Shown: positions 18,381 through 27,526 of the stretch, piece by piece
How the letters are laid out: every line of letters starts with the position of its first letter
How positions within the stretch are numbered: position 1 is the first letter of the stretch
Virus record (IMG/VR): IMGVR_UViG_3300032038_000042
Source of the DNA: a virus
Lineage: Duplodnaviria; Heunggongvirae; Uroviricota; Caudoviricetes
DNA length: 29,972 nucleotides
Reading direction: 5' to 3' (one strand)
The notes under the pieces: model-generated
What the model was told of the DNA's origin: nothing
Database searches by the model: none
The model's input: only the letters and a program-made list of their open reading frames with translations
Made by a program: the position numbers and the translations under genes

Positions 18381-18410
18381 TGAACTTTTTCACTTCTTCA
18401 AGCCTATATT
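18381..18410 (+). promoter_or_regulatory. Putative promoter TGAACTTTTT-N14-TATATT upstream of the large ncRNA
   Basis: Same motif and spacing as at 27304 and 28805. Confidence 0.7.
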
Positions 18411-18415
18411 TTAGA

Positions 18416-19750
18416 CATCAAGTTTGATTAAATTCGTAGCTTTTTAAGAACTAATTACAAGTTGTTCACCTATATTGAGATAGCTTGAATTAAATCAGGT
18501 TGATGATAAGAGCTTGAAGCACTAAAAATGGAGTGTTAAAGTTGGGTTCGAATCCCACAAGTTCCAGAGGACTACAACAGAAATTCCTTAAATGGTGAGG
18601 TTGTAGGGTTCTAAGCTTCCCGTAGCTTAGACGTTCAAACTCCAACGAAGACGAAAGTCGAAAGAGGAGTCGGTACTGCTGGCAGAAATAAGCGGCCCTC
18701 ATAACAGGTGCACTCAGGTAGTAAAAGGTTCTATCGCAACAAAAACCTTACGTGTTAAAAGATTCAACTTAAAAGGTTGAAAACAAAAGGCTCATAACCT
18801 ACTTTTAACAAATGTCCTAAAATCGGATGAGGCTTTTTTTAAAAAGCTAAAAAGGATTAGAGGGTAAGCTGCTTCCGATTGCTGTAGGCTTACAATCAAA
18901 CCGGTTCAGATGTTAAGTAGATTTTCTGCAAAGCATTTGGAGTTTCTTGAAGGTGTAAGGTGTGTTAAAAGCTTTGCAATGTTAAAGTTTTTAGTTTTTC
19001 CTGAACTTTTTTAAAAGGTTTGATCGCTCGTGAGTTTCTTCTATCGTACCTCTTGAACTTAATTCACGAGTGGCTAATTCCAAGAATGCTGTTAAATCTC
19101 AAACAGCTAGTGTTGGGATAAATGGACTGCTGAGTAGATTGAAGGTTGAGATCTTTTTTCGAAAACCGGTTTGGTTGCCAGTCACCAAATGAAGCTACTG
19201 GTTCGCGAGGTTAAGAGACACCTTCCGGAAGTAAAAAAGAGCTCTACATTTTCCGCAGCAAGCGGGCAATTAGCGGTCGAAGAGCCGGATGAAAAACTTA
19301 AAAAGAGCTAAAGGTTGCTTAATTGCATAAAGGTGCTCTTTGAGATCCAAAAGTTAAACGTTTTGAACCGCCAAAATTGATACTTGAGGAGTTCCGGTAG
19401 CTGAAAAAGAGCCGTTGAGGGCAGCTTTCGTCCAAGTCGGCATAGGTGGAGGTTTTCAAGAAACTCTTTCCTCATTACGAATAGCCTTTCTACCAAATGG
19501 GTGGAGGCTGAGGTTTCTCGGCACCAAGATTAAGAAGCCGGGATTTAAAACTCCAAGGATCACGAGGTCCTAGGGCTTTGGAGAGATGAAGAATTACTGA
19601 GGCCCAGAAACTCTAAGAAACGAAGTACGATTAGGGGTAAATCGATCGTAAGTCCCTGAAAGGAAAAGGAGTATTGCGAAATTGAACGAAGAGTTACAAC
19701 TATTTAGTTGGAGTTCCTGCATTGAATTCCTTAGTTCTTTTTCTTACTTT
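18416..19750 (+). ncRNA. Large structured non-coding RNA (GOLLD/ROOL-like size class; family not assigned)
   Basis: No credible ORF over ~1.35 kb, higher GC than the flanks by eye, own promoter and terminator, many hairpins with G-U pairs. Confidence 0.75.
18510..18566 (+). ncRNA. tRNA-like element lacking an anticodon arm
   Basis: Acceptor-like stem GAGCTTG/CAAGTTC, D-like arm AGCACT/AGTGTT, T arm TGGG-TTCGAAT-CCCA. Confidence 0.65.
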
Positions 19751-19756
19751 TTCCGC

Positions 19757-19794
19757 AAGGTTGCGATGAATTCGCAACCTTTTTCTTTTTTTTT
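19757..19794 (+). terminator. Intrinsic terminator closing the ncRNA unit
   Basis: AAGGTTGCGA-TGAAT-TCGCAACCTT followed by T runs. Confidence 0.88.
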
Positions 19795-19855
19795 AAAATC
19801 AAAAAATAAGCGAGTTTTTGTTTCTATAATTTTTCTAGTAAAAGGAGTAAAAACT

Positions 19856-20716
19856 TTGATTTTTAACAAAATTAAAATTAATCACGAAATGCCTCTTGAA
19901 CTTATGCTCGATTCTCGTTTCGATGATTTGACAGATTACAGCTATGATTTGGTTCACATGAATGATGAAATTCCTGAGTATAAAAAATACTTCCAGGATT
20001 CGCTTGCAAAAGGTAGACAGGTACTTTTGGACAATTCTGTATTTGAATTGGATGAACCTTTTAACCCAGAAAAGTTTGTAGAAAAGATTAACGAGCTTAA
20101 ACCTACATGGTATGTAGTTCCTGACTTTTTGGACGATTGCGATGCTACAATTCGTTCAATGGATGAGTGGATTTCGGTTTACCTTCCAAAGGTTGTAGAA
20201 GGTCCAAAAATCATCGGAAGTATTCAAGGTAAAACACCTGCAGACATGGTTCGTTGTTATCAGAAAATGTCTAACGATCCTCATGTAGCTAAAATTGCAA
20301 TTACTTTTAACTCAGATTGTTATGCAGCTCTTTGTCCTGACTTGATGCAGGAACAGGAAGGTGAAAAAGTAGACATGCTTCAGGTTTGGTGTGAAGGTCG
20401 TCAGCGTTTCATTACTAAACTTGTTATGGATGGAATTTGGAACAACAACAAACCACATCATTTGCTTGGTTGTGCGTACCTTCGGGAATTTGCATATCCA
20501 CTTTATCACCGTATTTCAATTGAAACTTTGGATACTTCAAACCCGGTTGTTTGTGGTATAAAAGGTATTAAGTATGACGAAAAGCTTGGTAATCTTGAAA
20601 AGCCGAGTGTAAGACTTTATACAATGATTCACGATAAACTTACAGATGAGCAAAAAGATTTGATCGAATATAATATTCGAACATTTAGAAAAATAGTAAA
20701 CGGTGAAAATAACTAA
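19856..20716 (+). CDS. TGT (tRNA-guanine transglycosylase)-like TIM-barrel protein
   Basis: Start reassigned to TTG 19856 (AGGAG SD, TATAAT upstream). Motifs LLDNS, VVPD, SIQG, HHLLG and LDTS occur in the order seen in TGT-superfamily enzymes. Confidence 0.6.
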   Translation: MIFNKIKINHEMPLELMLDSRFDDLTDYSYDLVHMNDEIPEYKKYFQDSLAKGRQVLLDNSVFELDEPFNPEKFVEKINELKPTWYVVPDFLDDCDATIRSMDEWISVYLPKVVEGPKIIGSIQGKTPADMVRCYQKMSNDPHVAKIAITFNSDCYAALCPDLMQEQEGEKVDMLQVWCEGRQRFITKLVMDGIWNNNKPHHLLGCAYLREFAYPLYHRISIETLDTSNPVVCGIKGIKYDEKLGNLEKPSVRLYTMIHDKLTDEQKDLIEYNIRTFRKIVNGENN

Positions 20717-20808
20717 CTCGTCAAAGATTGTTTGAAAAAAACCATTAAAAAAGAAAGAAGCGTTGATACACAAGAGAAGGACAATGCAGTATTTCGAGGA
20801 GAAAATAA

Positions 20809-21249
20809 ATGGTGCTTGAATTTTATCAAACTGTAGTTGGAAGTTACTTCAATGCAGAACGTAACTGGAAGTGTACTAAAACATCTGAAGAATTTTTGTG
20901 CAACTTTGGTTGGACTACTACAAAGGGTCAACAGAGCATTGCGTATAGTGCAACCGATCTTGCTTGCTCTGAAAAGTTTGCTGAAGAGCAGCGCGAAAAC
21001 ATGCCATATGTTACACAAGGAATATTAACAAAATTTTCTACAGAAAAAGAAAATGAGGATTTTAAACCTTGCATCTTGCACGATTACAACATTGGTAAAT
21101 TTGGTGAATTAGGTTTGTACTTCCGTATTTTAGACACTACAAAAATCGACGTAACAGTACCTGTAGATGCTTTAAAAGCTGAGGAACTAAAGCATATTAA
21201 GGCTGGTTCAGCTTGGTATATAAACCTAGTCTTTGCAAAAGAAGCTTAA
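20809..21249 (+). CDS. Hypothetical protein
   Basis: 146 aa, GAGGAG SD, followed by a terminator. Confidence 0.8.
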   Translation: MVLEFYQTVVGSYFNAERNWKCTKTSEEFLCNFGWTTTKGQQSIAYSATDLACSEKFAEEQRENMPYVTQGILTKFSTEKENEDFKPCILHDYNIGKFGELGLYFRILDTTKIDVTVPVDALKAEELKHIKAGSAWYINLVFAKEA

Positions 21250-21260
21250 TATTTTTTAAT

Positions 21261-21296
21261 TAAAAGGGATCGAAGATTAGTTTTCGATCCCTTTTA
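21261..21296. terminator. Intrinsic terminator
   Basis: TAAAAGGGATCGAA / TTCGATCCCTTTTA. Confidence 0.85.
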
Positions 21297-21334
21297 TTTT
21301 AATAGACATGAAGCAAAAAAGTTGGTGATAAAAA

Positions 21335-22156
21335 ATGATAAATGTTGGTTCAGAAAAAGGATTTTATTTTTCAAATCCAAGAGATTATCTAGATGGTAAA
21401 ATCAATGACGTAAAAAGTATAGCATATAGTGCTTACACTATTAGTAGGTCTGAAGCTATATATAGAGAAGAGGTTTTCGGTTGGGGTGCGACCGGATTTA
21501 CATTTTACGATTGCGACAGTAATATTTCTATGACTAAAGAAGAGTTTGCGAAAATTATAACTGAAAATTTTGCAGACTTTGATTATCCATTTTTCGTGCA
21601 AAAACTGAAGCCTTCAATTACATGGAAAAATAAAAGCACTGTTTTTTCAACCGAGGATTTAGCTTTATATGAGCAATTATTGAATCAATCTAATGATATG
21701 TCATACGTCGTTGAAACATTTAAAGAAAAAGCCCGTAAAATATCTAAAAGCGATTTACCAGCTTATTTGGTTTTGAATGTAAAGTTTTTCCCAGATACGT
21801 ATGCATTCTACTCTGAAAATGAAAATGAACGAGAAAAAATAAATGAATTTGATAATAGACTTAAACTTCTTATAAAAGAAAGATGCCTTTTTGATGGAAA
21901 AAATGCTTCAGTTAAAGAGCATCCTATTTACGCTAAAACTTCAAAAATCATAAATGGTGGAGCATTAACTTCAGTTAAAGACATTAACGGAAATGTTTGT
22001 GAAGTTGGTGATGAGGTTTATTACAGTAGAGAATGTGGCAGAATTGACGTTGGTAAAATTACAAAGTTTACTGACATTTCAATTTTCGTCGATGATTATT
22101 GTTTAGGTAAAGTTGTAGAGAACGATATTCTCTTAAAAAAGAAGAAAACTAGTTGA
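21335..22156 (+). CDS. Hypothetical protein with a C-terminal SH3/KOW-like segment
   Basis: 273 aa. KDINGNVCEVGDEVYY...GKITKF is a common phage SH3-like pattern. Confidence 0.7.
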   Translation: MINVGSEKGFYFSNPRDYLDGKINDVKSIAYSAYTISRSEAIYREEVFGWGATGFTFYDCDSNISMTKEEFAKIITENFADFDYPFFVQKLKPSITWKNKSTVFSTEDLALYEQLLNQSNDMSYVVETFKEKARKISKSDLPAYLVLNVKFFPDTYAFYSENENEREKINEFDNRLKLLIKERCLFDGKNASVKEHPIYAKTSKIINGGALTSVKDINGNVCEVGDEVYYSRECGRIDVGKITKFTDISIFVDDYCLGKVVENDILLKKKKTS

Positions 22157-22279
22157 AGTGTAAAAACACACTGATGCCCTGTTAGTCACATTGAATGGAG
22201 ACCTCAATAACAATATCATGCTAACAAAAGAAGATGTTTTTTAACTCCAACTACTATTTAATGGTAGGAGTAAAAAAAG

Positions 22280-22429
22280 ATGAATTTTGAAAATTTTTGT
22301 AAAATGAATTGTATGACAACTGAAGAAGTAGAAGACTTCAAAGTGTGGCTTACAAAGAGAAAAGACAATTTAGCAGATAGATCTATTCAAAATTGGTTAT
22401 ACGTTTTTAATCTTTATTTTGATAGGTAA
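22280..22429 (+). CDS. Small hypothetical protein (49 aa, not in the ORF track)
   Basis: AGGAG SD, MNFENFCKMNCMTTEEVEDFKVWL...YFDR, followed by a terminator. Confidence 0.7.
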   Translation: MNFENFCKMNCMTTEEVEDFKVWLTKRKDNLADRSIQNWLYVFNLYFDR

Positions 22430-22434
22430 AAAGG

Positions 22435-22458
22435 AAAGCCGCAAAAAATTGCGGCTTT
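22435..22458. terminator. Bidirectional terminator between convergent genes
   Basis: AAAGCCGCAA / TTGCGGCTTT. Confidence 0.85.
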
Positions 22459-22477
22459 TTTCTTTCTAATCTTTCTT

Positions 22478-23653
22478 TTACCTTTCCACTACATCAGGAC
22501 TAGAAATCGAAGGTACAAGTTTTTCGCAATCTTTTATATCTTTTCGCTCAAGCTTTTTATTTTCGGTTTCTCCGGTTTTTAAAGCTTCAAGAATTTCTTC
22601 AGAAGTTAGTATAGAATATTTACGAATGTCAGAAATTACTTTTTTAGCTTTAATTTTTCTCTTTTTACGTTCTACATCATCCGCGCAGTAAGCACCTAAT
22701 CCAATTTTCTCTAAAAGATCTTCTTCTTTAATATCGACATTGTCTAACCTAAAAATGTATCCTCCAAAGTTAAAACCACCTTCTTTATTATCCTTATAAA
22801 GACTAGCTCCGCTAGTTTTTCTCATTAGCATATAAAGAGAAGATTTTACAACATAAAAATTAATGCTTAAGTCTATAGACTCTATAGAACTTACTGGAAA
22901 AATTACACCTTTTTGCGCTTGAATATTATTTACATATTCAACGTTGTTTATATGCTTTGTTTTTCTTAAAGGAAAAGTTAGTTTTGGAAACTTTGAAGGA
23001 TTACAAATTCTACTCTTAATATGAGTTTCATAAATTGTTTTTAACTCTTCCTCAAAAGAAAGTGCATCATCGTTCATGCAGTATGCACAATCAAACGTTT
23101 CTGCTTTCTCTAAGATTTCGTTTTTAATTCTTCCCGCGAAAAAAGCTGTAAAAGGTTGCTGAACCATTCCATTCATATGCTCAACACACGGATCTGCAAA
23201 CTGCTCATTTCCTAGAAAATGAATACCTTTTACTAGACCTGGATAAAGATAGTTTAATATTAAACCTTGTAAAGCAACAAAAGGAGTCATGTTAGGATCA
23301 AATATTAAAGAAAAAAGCATTACACTTTCTCCTTTTTCCAAATATCTTAAAGTTAAAGAAAGAGAGTCATAACCACCACTGAACATAATTAAATGTTTAG
23401 CAGATGATGAGTCCTTATTATTGTACTTTTGAAGGTACTTTGTTAACTCTTTTGAAGAAATATATCTACCGTTTTTGTAAAGTTTTTTATCTAAGCTTGT
23501 AAATATTTCCAAAGTTTCGTCATAATTGTTTAAAACCTTAAAAGCGTTTACAGTAATCGGTGCACTATAATGCGCATTACAAACAAAAGACTCTTTGATA
23601 AAATTGTTTTTAATTTTCAACTTTACATTATCTTTATCTTTAAGCTTTTCCAT
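22478..23653 (-). CDS. PP-loop (HUP superfamily) ATP pyrophosphatase, QueC-like N-terminal motif
   Basis: LIMFSGGYDS PP-loop and a later FPL motif. No QueC-type C-terminal Cys cluster. Confidence 0.7.
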   Translation of the reverse strand: MEKLKDKDNVKLKIKNNFIKESFVCNAHYSAPITVNAFKVLNNYDETLEIFTSLDKKLYKNGRYISSKELTKYLQKYNNKDSSSAKHLIMFSGGYDSLSLTLRYLEKGESVMLFSLIFDPNMTPFVALQGLILNYLYPGLVKGIHFLGNEQFADPCVEHMNGMVQQPFTAFFAGRIKNEILEKAETFDCAYCMNDDALSFEEELKTIYETHIKSRICNPSKFPKLTFPLRKTKHINNVEYVNNIQAQKGVIFPVSSIESIDLSINFYVVKSSLYMLMRKTSGASLYKDNKEGGFNFGGYIFRLDNVDIKEEDLLEKIGLGAYCADDVERKKRKIKAKKVISDIRKYSILTSEEILEALKTGETENKKLERKDIKDCEKLVPSISSPDVVER

Positions 23654-23682
23654 TTTTAATTATCCTAAAACAATTTCTTTGC

Positions 23683-24102
23683 TTATTTCAGATTTCCCCG
23701 ATCAAAAGCTTCGTTTGCATCTTCAGTCCATTCAAGGAAGATTTTATCTTCAAAATCACCAAACTTTACTCTTTTTGAGTCTGCAGCTTTTTCAATATCT
23801 TCTATTTTGATTTTCAAAGACTTTATAAGGTTTGTATAAACCTCCAAAACATCTGCTAACTCATCCGTAATTCCGTCAAGGTCGTATTTCAACTCTTCAT
23901 TAGAAACTGGCTCTTGACTACATTTATGATTCAGCCAATGTACCTTTTCTGCTACTTCGTTTGCTTCCTCTACAAGCTTATTAGCAAGTTCGTTTTCAAA
24001 CTCTACATTATCCAATTTATGAGCTTTGAAAGAAAGTCCTTGACCAATTATAACATTCGGTATTCTATCTCTTACAAGCTTGTTGTGCGTTATCTTTTTC
24101 AT
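23683..24102 (-). CDS. MazG-like / PRA-PH-like nucleotide pyrophosphohydrolase
   Basis: HNKLVRDRIP...KLVEEANE...DELADVLEV, the ExxE...ExxD pattern. Confidence 0.85.
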   Translation of the reverse strand: MKKITHNKLVRDRIPNVIIGQGLSFKAHKLDNVEFENELANKLVEEANEVAEKVHWLNHKCSQEPVSNEELKYDLDGITDELADVLEVYTNLIKSLKIKIEDIEKAADSKRVKFGDFEDKIFLEWTEDANEAFDRGNLK

Positions 24103-24948
24103 TTACTCTCCTTTTGTATTCAAAACGTTTTGAAATTTTAATTCGATGTTGCTAAATTCCCAGCGGATGTAATTCATGACATCTATAAAAGCTCTTATAG
24201 TAGTTTGATCTGTAAGATCTTTCATATCTTTCGTAACATGATCGAGCATTTTATTCCTTGTATAATCAAGCAGTTCTTGATCTAAGTTTTTTTCAGACTT
24301 TTCTTTAAGAATATTTTGCAATTCTGATACCGGGGTTTCTGGTAGATATTCTTTCTTACCGTAATATCTCCAAATATTCATTGAATCCCACTGCAACCTG
24401 TTTCCAACTTTTGTTGGAAGAACTCTACAAAAATCCCTAACAAGGCAGAAAGATAACATTGGGATATTTTTAAGATCCCAATCTGTAACAATTGGGTTTC
24501 CGTACTCATTTTTAAATTTCTCTACTTGTTCGTAAGTAGGATCATTAAACTTTAAGCGAATTGTACCTTCTTTAAATTGAGAAAAGTCTAACGGAAGTCC
24601 ACTTGGAAGATCTTTCCATTCCTGTCCGTCGATATACTCAATAACGGCTCCTTCGTCGTAGCACTTCTTTAAAAACTCTTTACTTTTGTCTAAAAAGCTT
24701 GAAGGTTCCTTTTTCTTAAACATTTCTTTCTCCTCATCTTTAAAACGCTTGTACCGGTAATCCCAGTTAGCTCTTGTTGCAATGTCGTACTGAAATCCTT
24801 CCTTTTCGATAAACTTTCGAAAATTTATAATATCTGCTGCACGCTCTGTATGTTCTGATTCCTTGCAATACATATCCAAAGAGATAGGTTGATTTTTAAA
24901 GAAGATTTCTTGTACAATGTTGAATGTATTTCTATCTGTATGTTTCAT
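24103..24948 (-). CDS. Hypothetical protein
   Basis: Long ORF. ATG 24948 (MKHTDRN) follows AAGGG and is preferred over GTG 25017. Confidence 0.75.
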   Translation of the reverse strand: MKHTDRNTFNIVQEIFFKNQPISLDMYCKESEHTERAADIINFRKFIEKEGFQYDIATRANWDYRYKRFKDEEKEMFKKKEPSSFLDKSKEFLKKCYDEGAVIEYIDGQEWKDLPSGLPLDFSQFKEGTIRLKFNDPTYEQVEKFKNEYGNPIVTDWDLKNIPMLSFCLVRDFCRVLPTKVGNRLQWDSMNIWRYYGKKEYLPETPVSELQNILKEKSEKNLDQELLDYTRNKMLDHVTKDMKDLTDQTTIRAFIDVMNYIRWEFSNIELKFQNVLNTKGE

Positions 24949-25068
24949 TGTTTTTAACCCTTTTATATTATAGTTGTATAAACGGTGTTCGTTACAACAA
25001 TTCTCTTTTTCCTGCACAACGAACTATATTAGATTAAGAAAACTTGAACAAAATCAAGAAGGAGACAT

Positions 25069-26331
25069 ATGTTAGATTTTAGGAGAGCAGATGGTTCTTT
25101 AAAGGAAAGAGCTATTTATGCTTATGTTAAAAAACACAGTGACGACTTAGATGTAAAGCAGATATTATCGTTTCCAGGAAATAGTGTTATCGCAAAATAT
25201 AAAAACTATTTAAAAAGTTGTAGCGGTATTTCAGTAGATGAAAAAGTAGAGACACTAGAAGGTGTTAAAGAGCAAGAATTCGATTACGAAAATCAAGTAG
25301 GCTTTTCGAGTGCAATTTTAAACTTTAAAAAGAGTTTTACTGAAGATGAGTTACTCAAGCAGCACGGTTACGATGTAACAAAATGGCGAGTTGTAAAGCA
25401 TCAATGTAGTAAATGGAATTGCGGTTCTAAAGTTTTAATGGCTTCAAAGATTTTTGTTAAACCAAGGAACATTTTAGAGGGTTCTCCAGCTACGATAATG
25501 GAAAACATTAACAAGGCTTTAAGCATTAAACCCAAACCTTTCGAAGTAAAAATTAGCAAAGGAAATTCTAAACTTTTAGTCTTACCTATTTCAGATCTCC
25601 ATTACGGACTTATATCCGACTCAAATACATCCGATAATATCTACGACATGCATATTGCAGAAAGAAGGTTGCAAGAGTATGTAATGACTGCACTTGACAA
25701 TGTCAACCTTGGAGAAAACGATACCATTTTAATTACATTTGGTAACGATTACTTTAATTGTGACAATGTAGCAGGTACTACAGCTCACGGTACACCTCAG
25801 GATAACGAAGCTTCTTATTTTTCAATTTTTGACAAAGGTGTAAACTTAGGAGTTTCAATTATAGAGTATCTGTTGAGTAGCACAAAGTGTGCAATTCGTG
25901 TTGCAGCTGTACAAGGTAATCATGATCTTCAGTCAAGCCATGCAATGTCTTTAGCTTTGTACTTTAAGTACAAAGGTAATCCTCGCGTTAACGTAAATGT
26001 TAAGTCTGATGAAAAAGCAAGATTTTATTTTACATACGGTGCAAACCTGATTGGCTTTGGGCATGAAACAAACATTAAAGATTGTCATAGAATTATGTCA
26101 TCTGAATGCAAAGATTGGTCAAATTATAAATACAGAACAATGTTCTTAGGACACTTACATAAAGAAGAAGTTTACGATACAGGTGCACTTGTTGCAAGAA
26201 GGTTGCCAATCCTTTCTGGAAAGTCAAAGTGGTCTGATTCAATGGGTTTCATGTCTCATCCGAGAGCGCAAGCTTTTGTTTTCGATTCAGAAAAAGGACT
26301 TGTTAATACAATTAATGTAGAAGTTCTTTAA
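25069..26331 (+). CDS. Calcineurin-like metallophosphoesterase
   Basis: DLHYG, GND, GNHD, GHE and GHLH motifs; AGGAG SD. Confidence 0.9.
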   Translation: MLDFRRADGSLKERAIYAYVKKHSDDLDVKQILSFPGNSVIAKYKNYLKSCSGISVDEKVETLEGVKEQEFDYENQVGFSSAILNFKKSFTEDELLKQHGYDVTKWRVVKHQCSKWNCGSKVLMASKIFVKPRNILEGSPATIMENINKALSIKPKPFEVKISKGNSKLLVLPISDLHYGLISDSNTSDNIYDMHIAERRLQEYVMTALDNVNLGENDTILITFGNDYFNCDNVAGTTAHGTPQDNEASYFSIFDKGVNLGVSIIEYLLSSTKCAIRVAAVQGNHDLQSSHAMSLALYFKYKGNPRVNVNVKSDEKARFYFTYGANLIGFGHETNIKDCHRIMSSECKDWSNYKYRTMFLGHLHKEEVYDTGALVARRLPILSGKSKWSDSMGFMSHPRAQAFVFDSEKGLVNTINVEVL

Positions 26332-26352
26332 AACTTAGCAAATTGACAAAGA

Positions 26353-26383
26353 AAAAAGGGCCTTTTTTGAAAAGGCCCTTTTT
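26353..26383. terminator. Bidirectional terminator
   Basis: AAAAAGGGCCTTTT / AAAAGGCCCTTTTT between convergent genes. Confidence 0.88.
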
Positions 26384-26427
26384 CTTTCAAAAAAGTAAAT
26401 TAATAATGATTCTCTCCGTCGGAGTCG

Positions 26428-27249
26428 TTAATAAAGAGCTTCTACTATTTTGTGAGAAGGTCCTCTACCAAGCTGCTTTTCACGCAATGCAATAACAAAA
26501 GTTAAAAGTTTATTTTCGTTTGCTTCATCGAGCATGTAATCTAAACCTTTAATACTTTTGTCGAACTTTAAATAACGGTTAGCTTGCTCTTTCAAACCGA
26601 TTTTTTCAAAAAACTCTCCAAGTGTATAATGCTCGTATTTTTTCAAGTACTTTGATTTAATTCCACTTGCTTCTTTTTTTGCAAGCTCGCGCTTTTTTGC
26701 AAAAGCAATTTTTGCTTCTTTTAAAGCAGCTGAGCGATCGTGCTTTTTTAAACTATCTTGAAGTCTTTTTGTAGCTGTCTTTTTAGATTCTCCAAAATCT
26801 AAAATCTCTAAGTCATCATCGTTATCTGTAGAAGGTTCATCTAAAGAAGTCTCGTCATCAGTGTCTACAGAAGGTTCATCTAAAGAAGTTCCATCTTCGT
26901 CAACTGAACTATCTTCGCTTCTGTATTCACCAAGTTCTGCGAGCATTTCATCTGCATCTTTTTCAAACTCATCCTTCGAGTCACCTTTCCAAGTGCTCCT
27001 GTCGTGAATTGAACCTTCTTTGTGATAACCGATTTCATAGGAGTTACCTTTTTCACTTTCTGTAAAGTTAAAAACAACTTCTACTCCAGAAAAATCACCT
27101 TTAGCTTCCCATGTATAGTCGTCCCAATTAAGCTCTATACCAAGCTTTTCTTCAAGAATTGCTTTTAAGTCTTCACCATCGAGGTTTGTAACATCTACTT
27201 TTGAACCTTTTTTGGTTGTTTGCTTTTCCGATATTCTATTATTCCTCAT
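26428..27249 (-). CDS. Hypothetical protein with acidic linker, possibly an internal head protein
   Basis: 273 aa, GGAG SD, upstream ACTAAAT, ISEK/FGES/LKEA motifs, duplicated TSLDEPS. Confidence 0.75.
   Translation of the reverse strand: MRNNRISEKQTTKKGSKVDVTNLDGEDLKAILEEKLGIELNWDDYTWEAKGDFSGVEVVFNFTESEKGNSYEIGYHKEGSIHDRSTWKGDSKDEFEKDADEMLAELGEYRSEDSSVDEDGTSLDEPSVDTDDETSLDEPSTDNDDDLEILDFGESKKTATKRLQDSLKKHDRSAALKEAKIAFAKKRELAKKEASGIKSKYLKKYEHYTLGEFFEKIGLKEQANRYLKFDKSIKGLDYMLDEANENKLLTFVIALREKQLGRGPSHKIVEALY
26830..26889. repeat. 21-bp direct repeat with 39-bp period (TSLDEPS x2)
   Basis: AGAAGGTTCATCTAAAGAAGT at 26830-26850 and 26869-26889. Confidence 0.9.
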
Positions 27250-27303
27250 GTATGCGTCTCCGTTTCTATTATTTAGTGGTAAAAAACATTTTTAGAAAAA
27301 TAT

Positions 27304-27333
27304 TGAACTTTTTTTGTATCCACTAACTATATT
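27304..27333 (+). promoter_or_regulatory. Putative promoter of the tRNA operon
   Basis: TGAACTTTTT-N14-TATATT. Confidence 0.7.
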
Positions 27334-27406
27334 ACAAGTGTCAGTTAGGAAAAACAACAAAAGGCACTCATTGATAATGAAGATTTTTAATTAAAGGGGT
27401 ATGTAT

Positions 27407-27526
27407 ATGTTTAAGGTTTTTGCTAAAACAACAGTTACGTTTAACACAAAACATAGCAATAATACTATGCATACTAATACATGCACAAAATGTTTCTTTA
27501 ATAACAAGAAATTGAGGGCGAGTTGA
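27407..27526 (+). CDS. Putative attenuator leader peptide of the tRNA operon (39 aa)
   Basis: AAGGGG SD 7 nt upstream. MFKVFAKTTVTFNTKHSNNTMHTNTCTKCFFNNKKLRAS*. Alternative in-frame ATG at 27401. Confidence 0.75.
   Translation: MFKVFAKTTVTFNTKHSNNTMHTNTCTKCFFNNKKLRAS

Noticed and set aside
18540..18620. Permuted (two-piece) tmRNA suggested by a T arm plus TTCCA ahead of a long RNA
   Set aside because: The acceptor 3' strand already pairs locally with 18510-18516. I found no downstream GGGG-type tmRNA 5' end and no convincing tag reading frame.
19282..19291. GAGCCGGATG resembling the start of group II intron domain V
   Set aside because: No complementary 3' strand or domain VI follows, and there is no interrupted gene or maturase.
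18490..19496. Minus-strand ORFs 18490..18702 and 19308..19496
   Set aside because: Short, no convincing SD, atypical composition, and antisense to the structured RNA unit.
18416..19750. rRNA fragment or RNase P RNA
   Set aside because: I recognised no universally conserved 16S/23S motifs and no RNase P GAGGAAAGUCC signature.
19682..19855. N-terminal 58 codons of ORF 19682..20716
   Set aside because: The segment runs through the ncRNA end, a terminator and a promoter. A good SD supports TTG 19856 instead.
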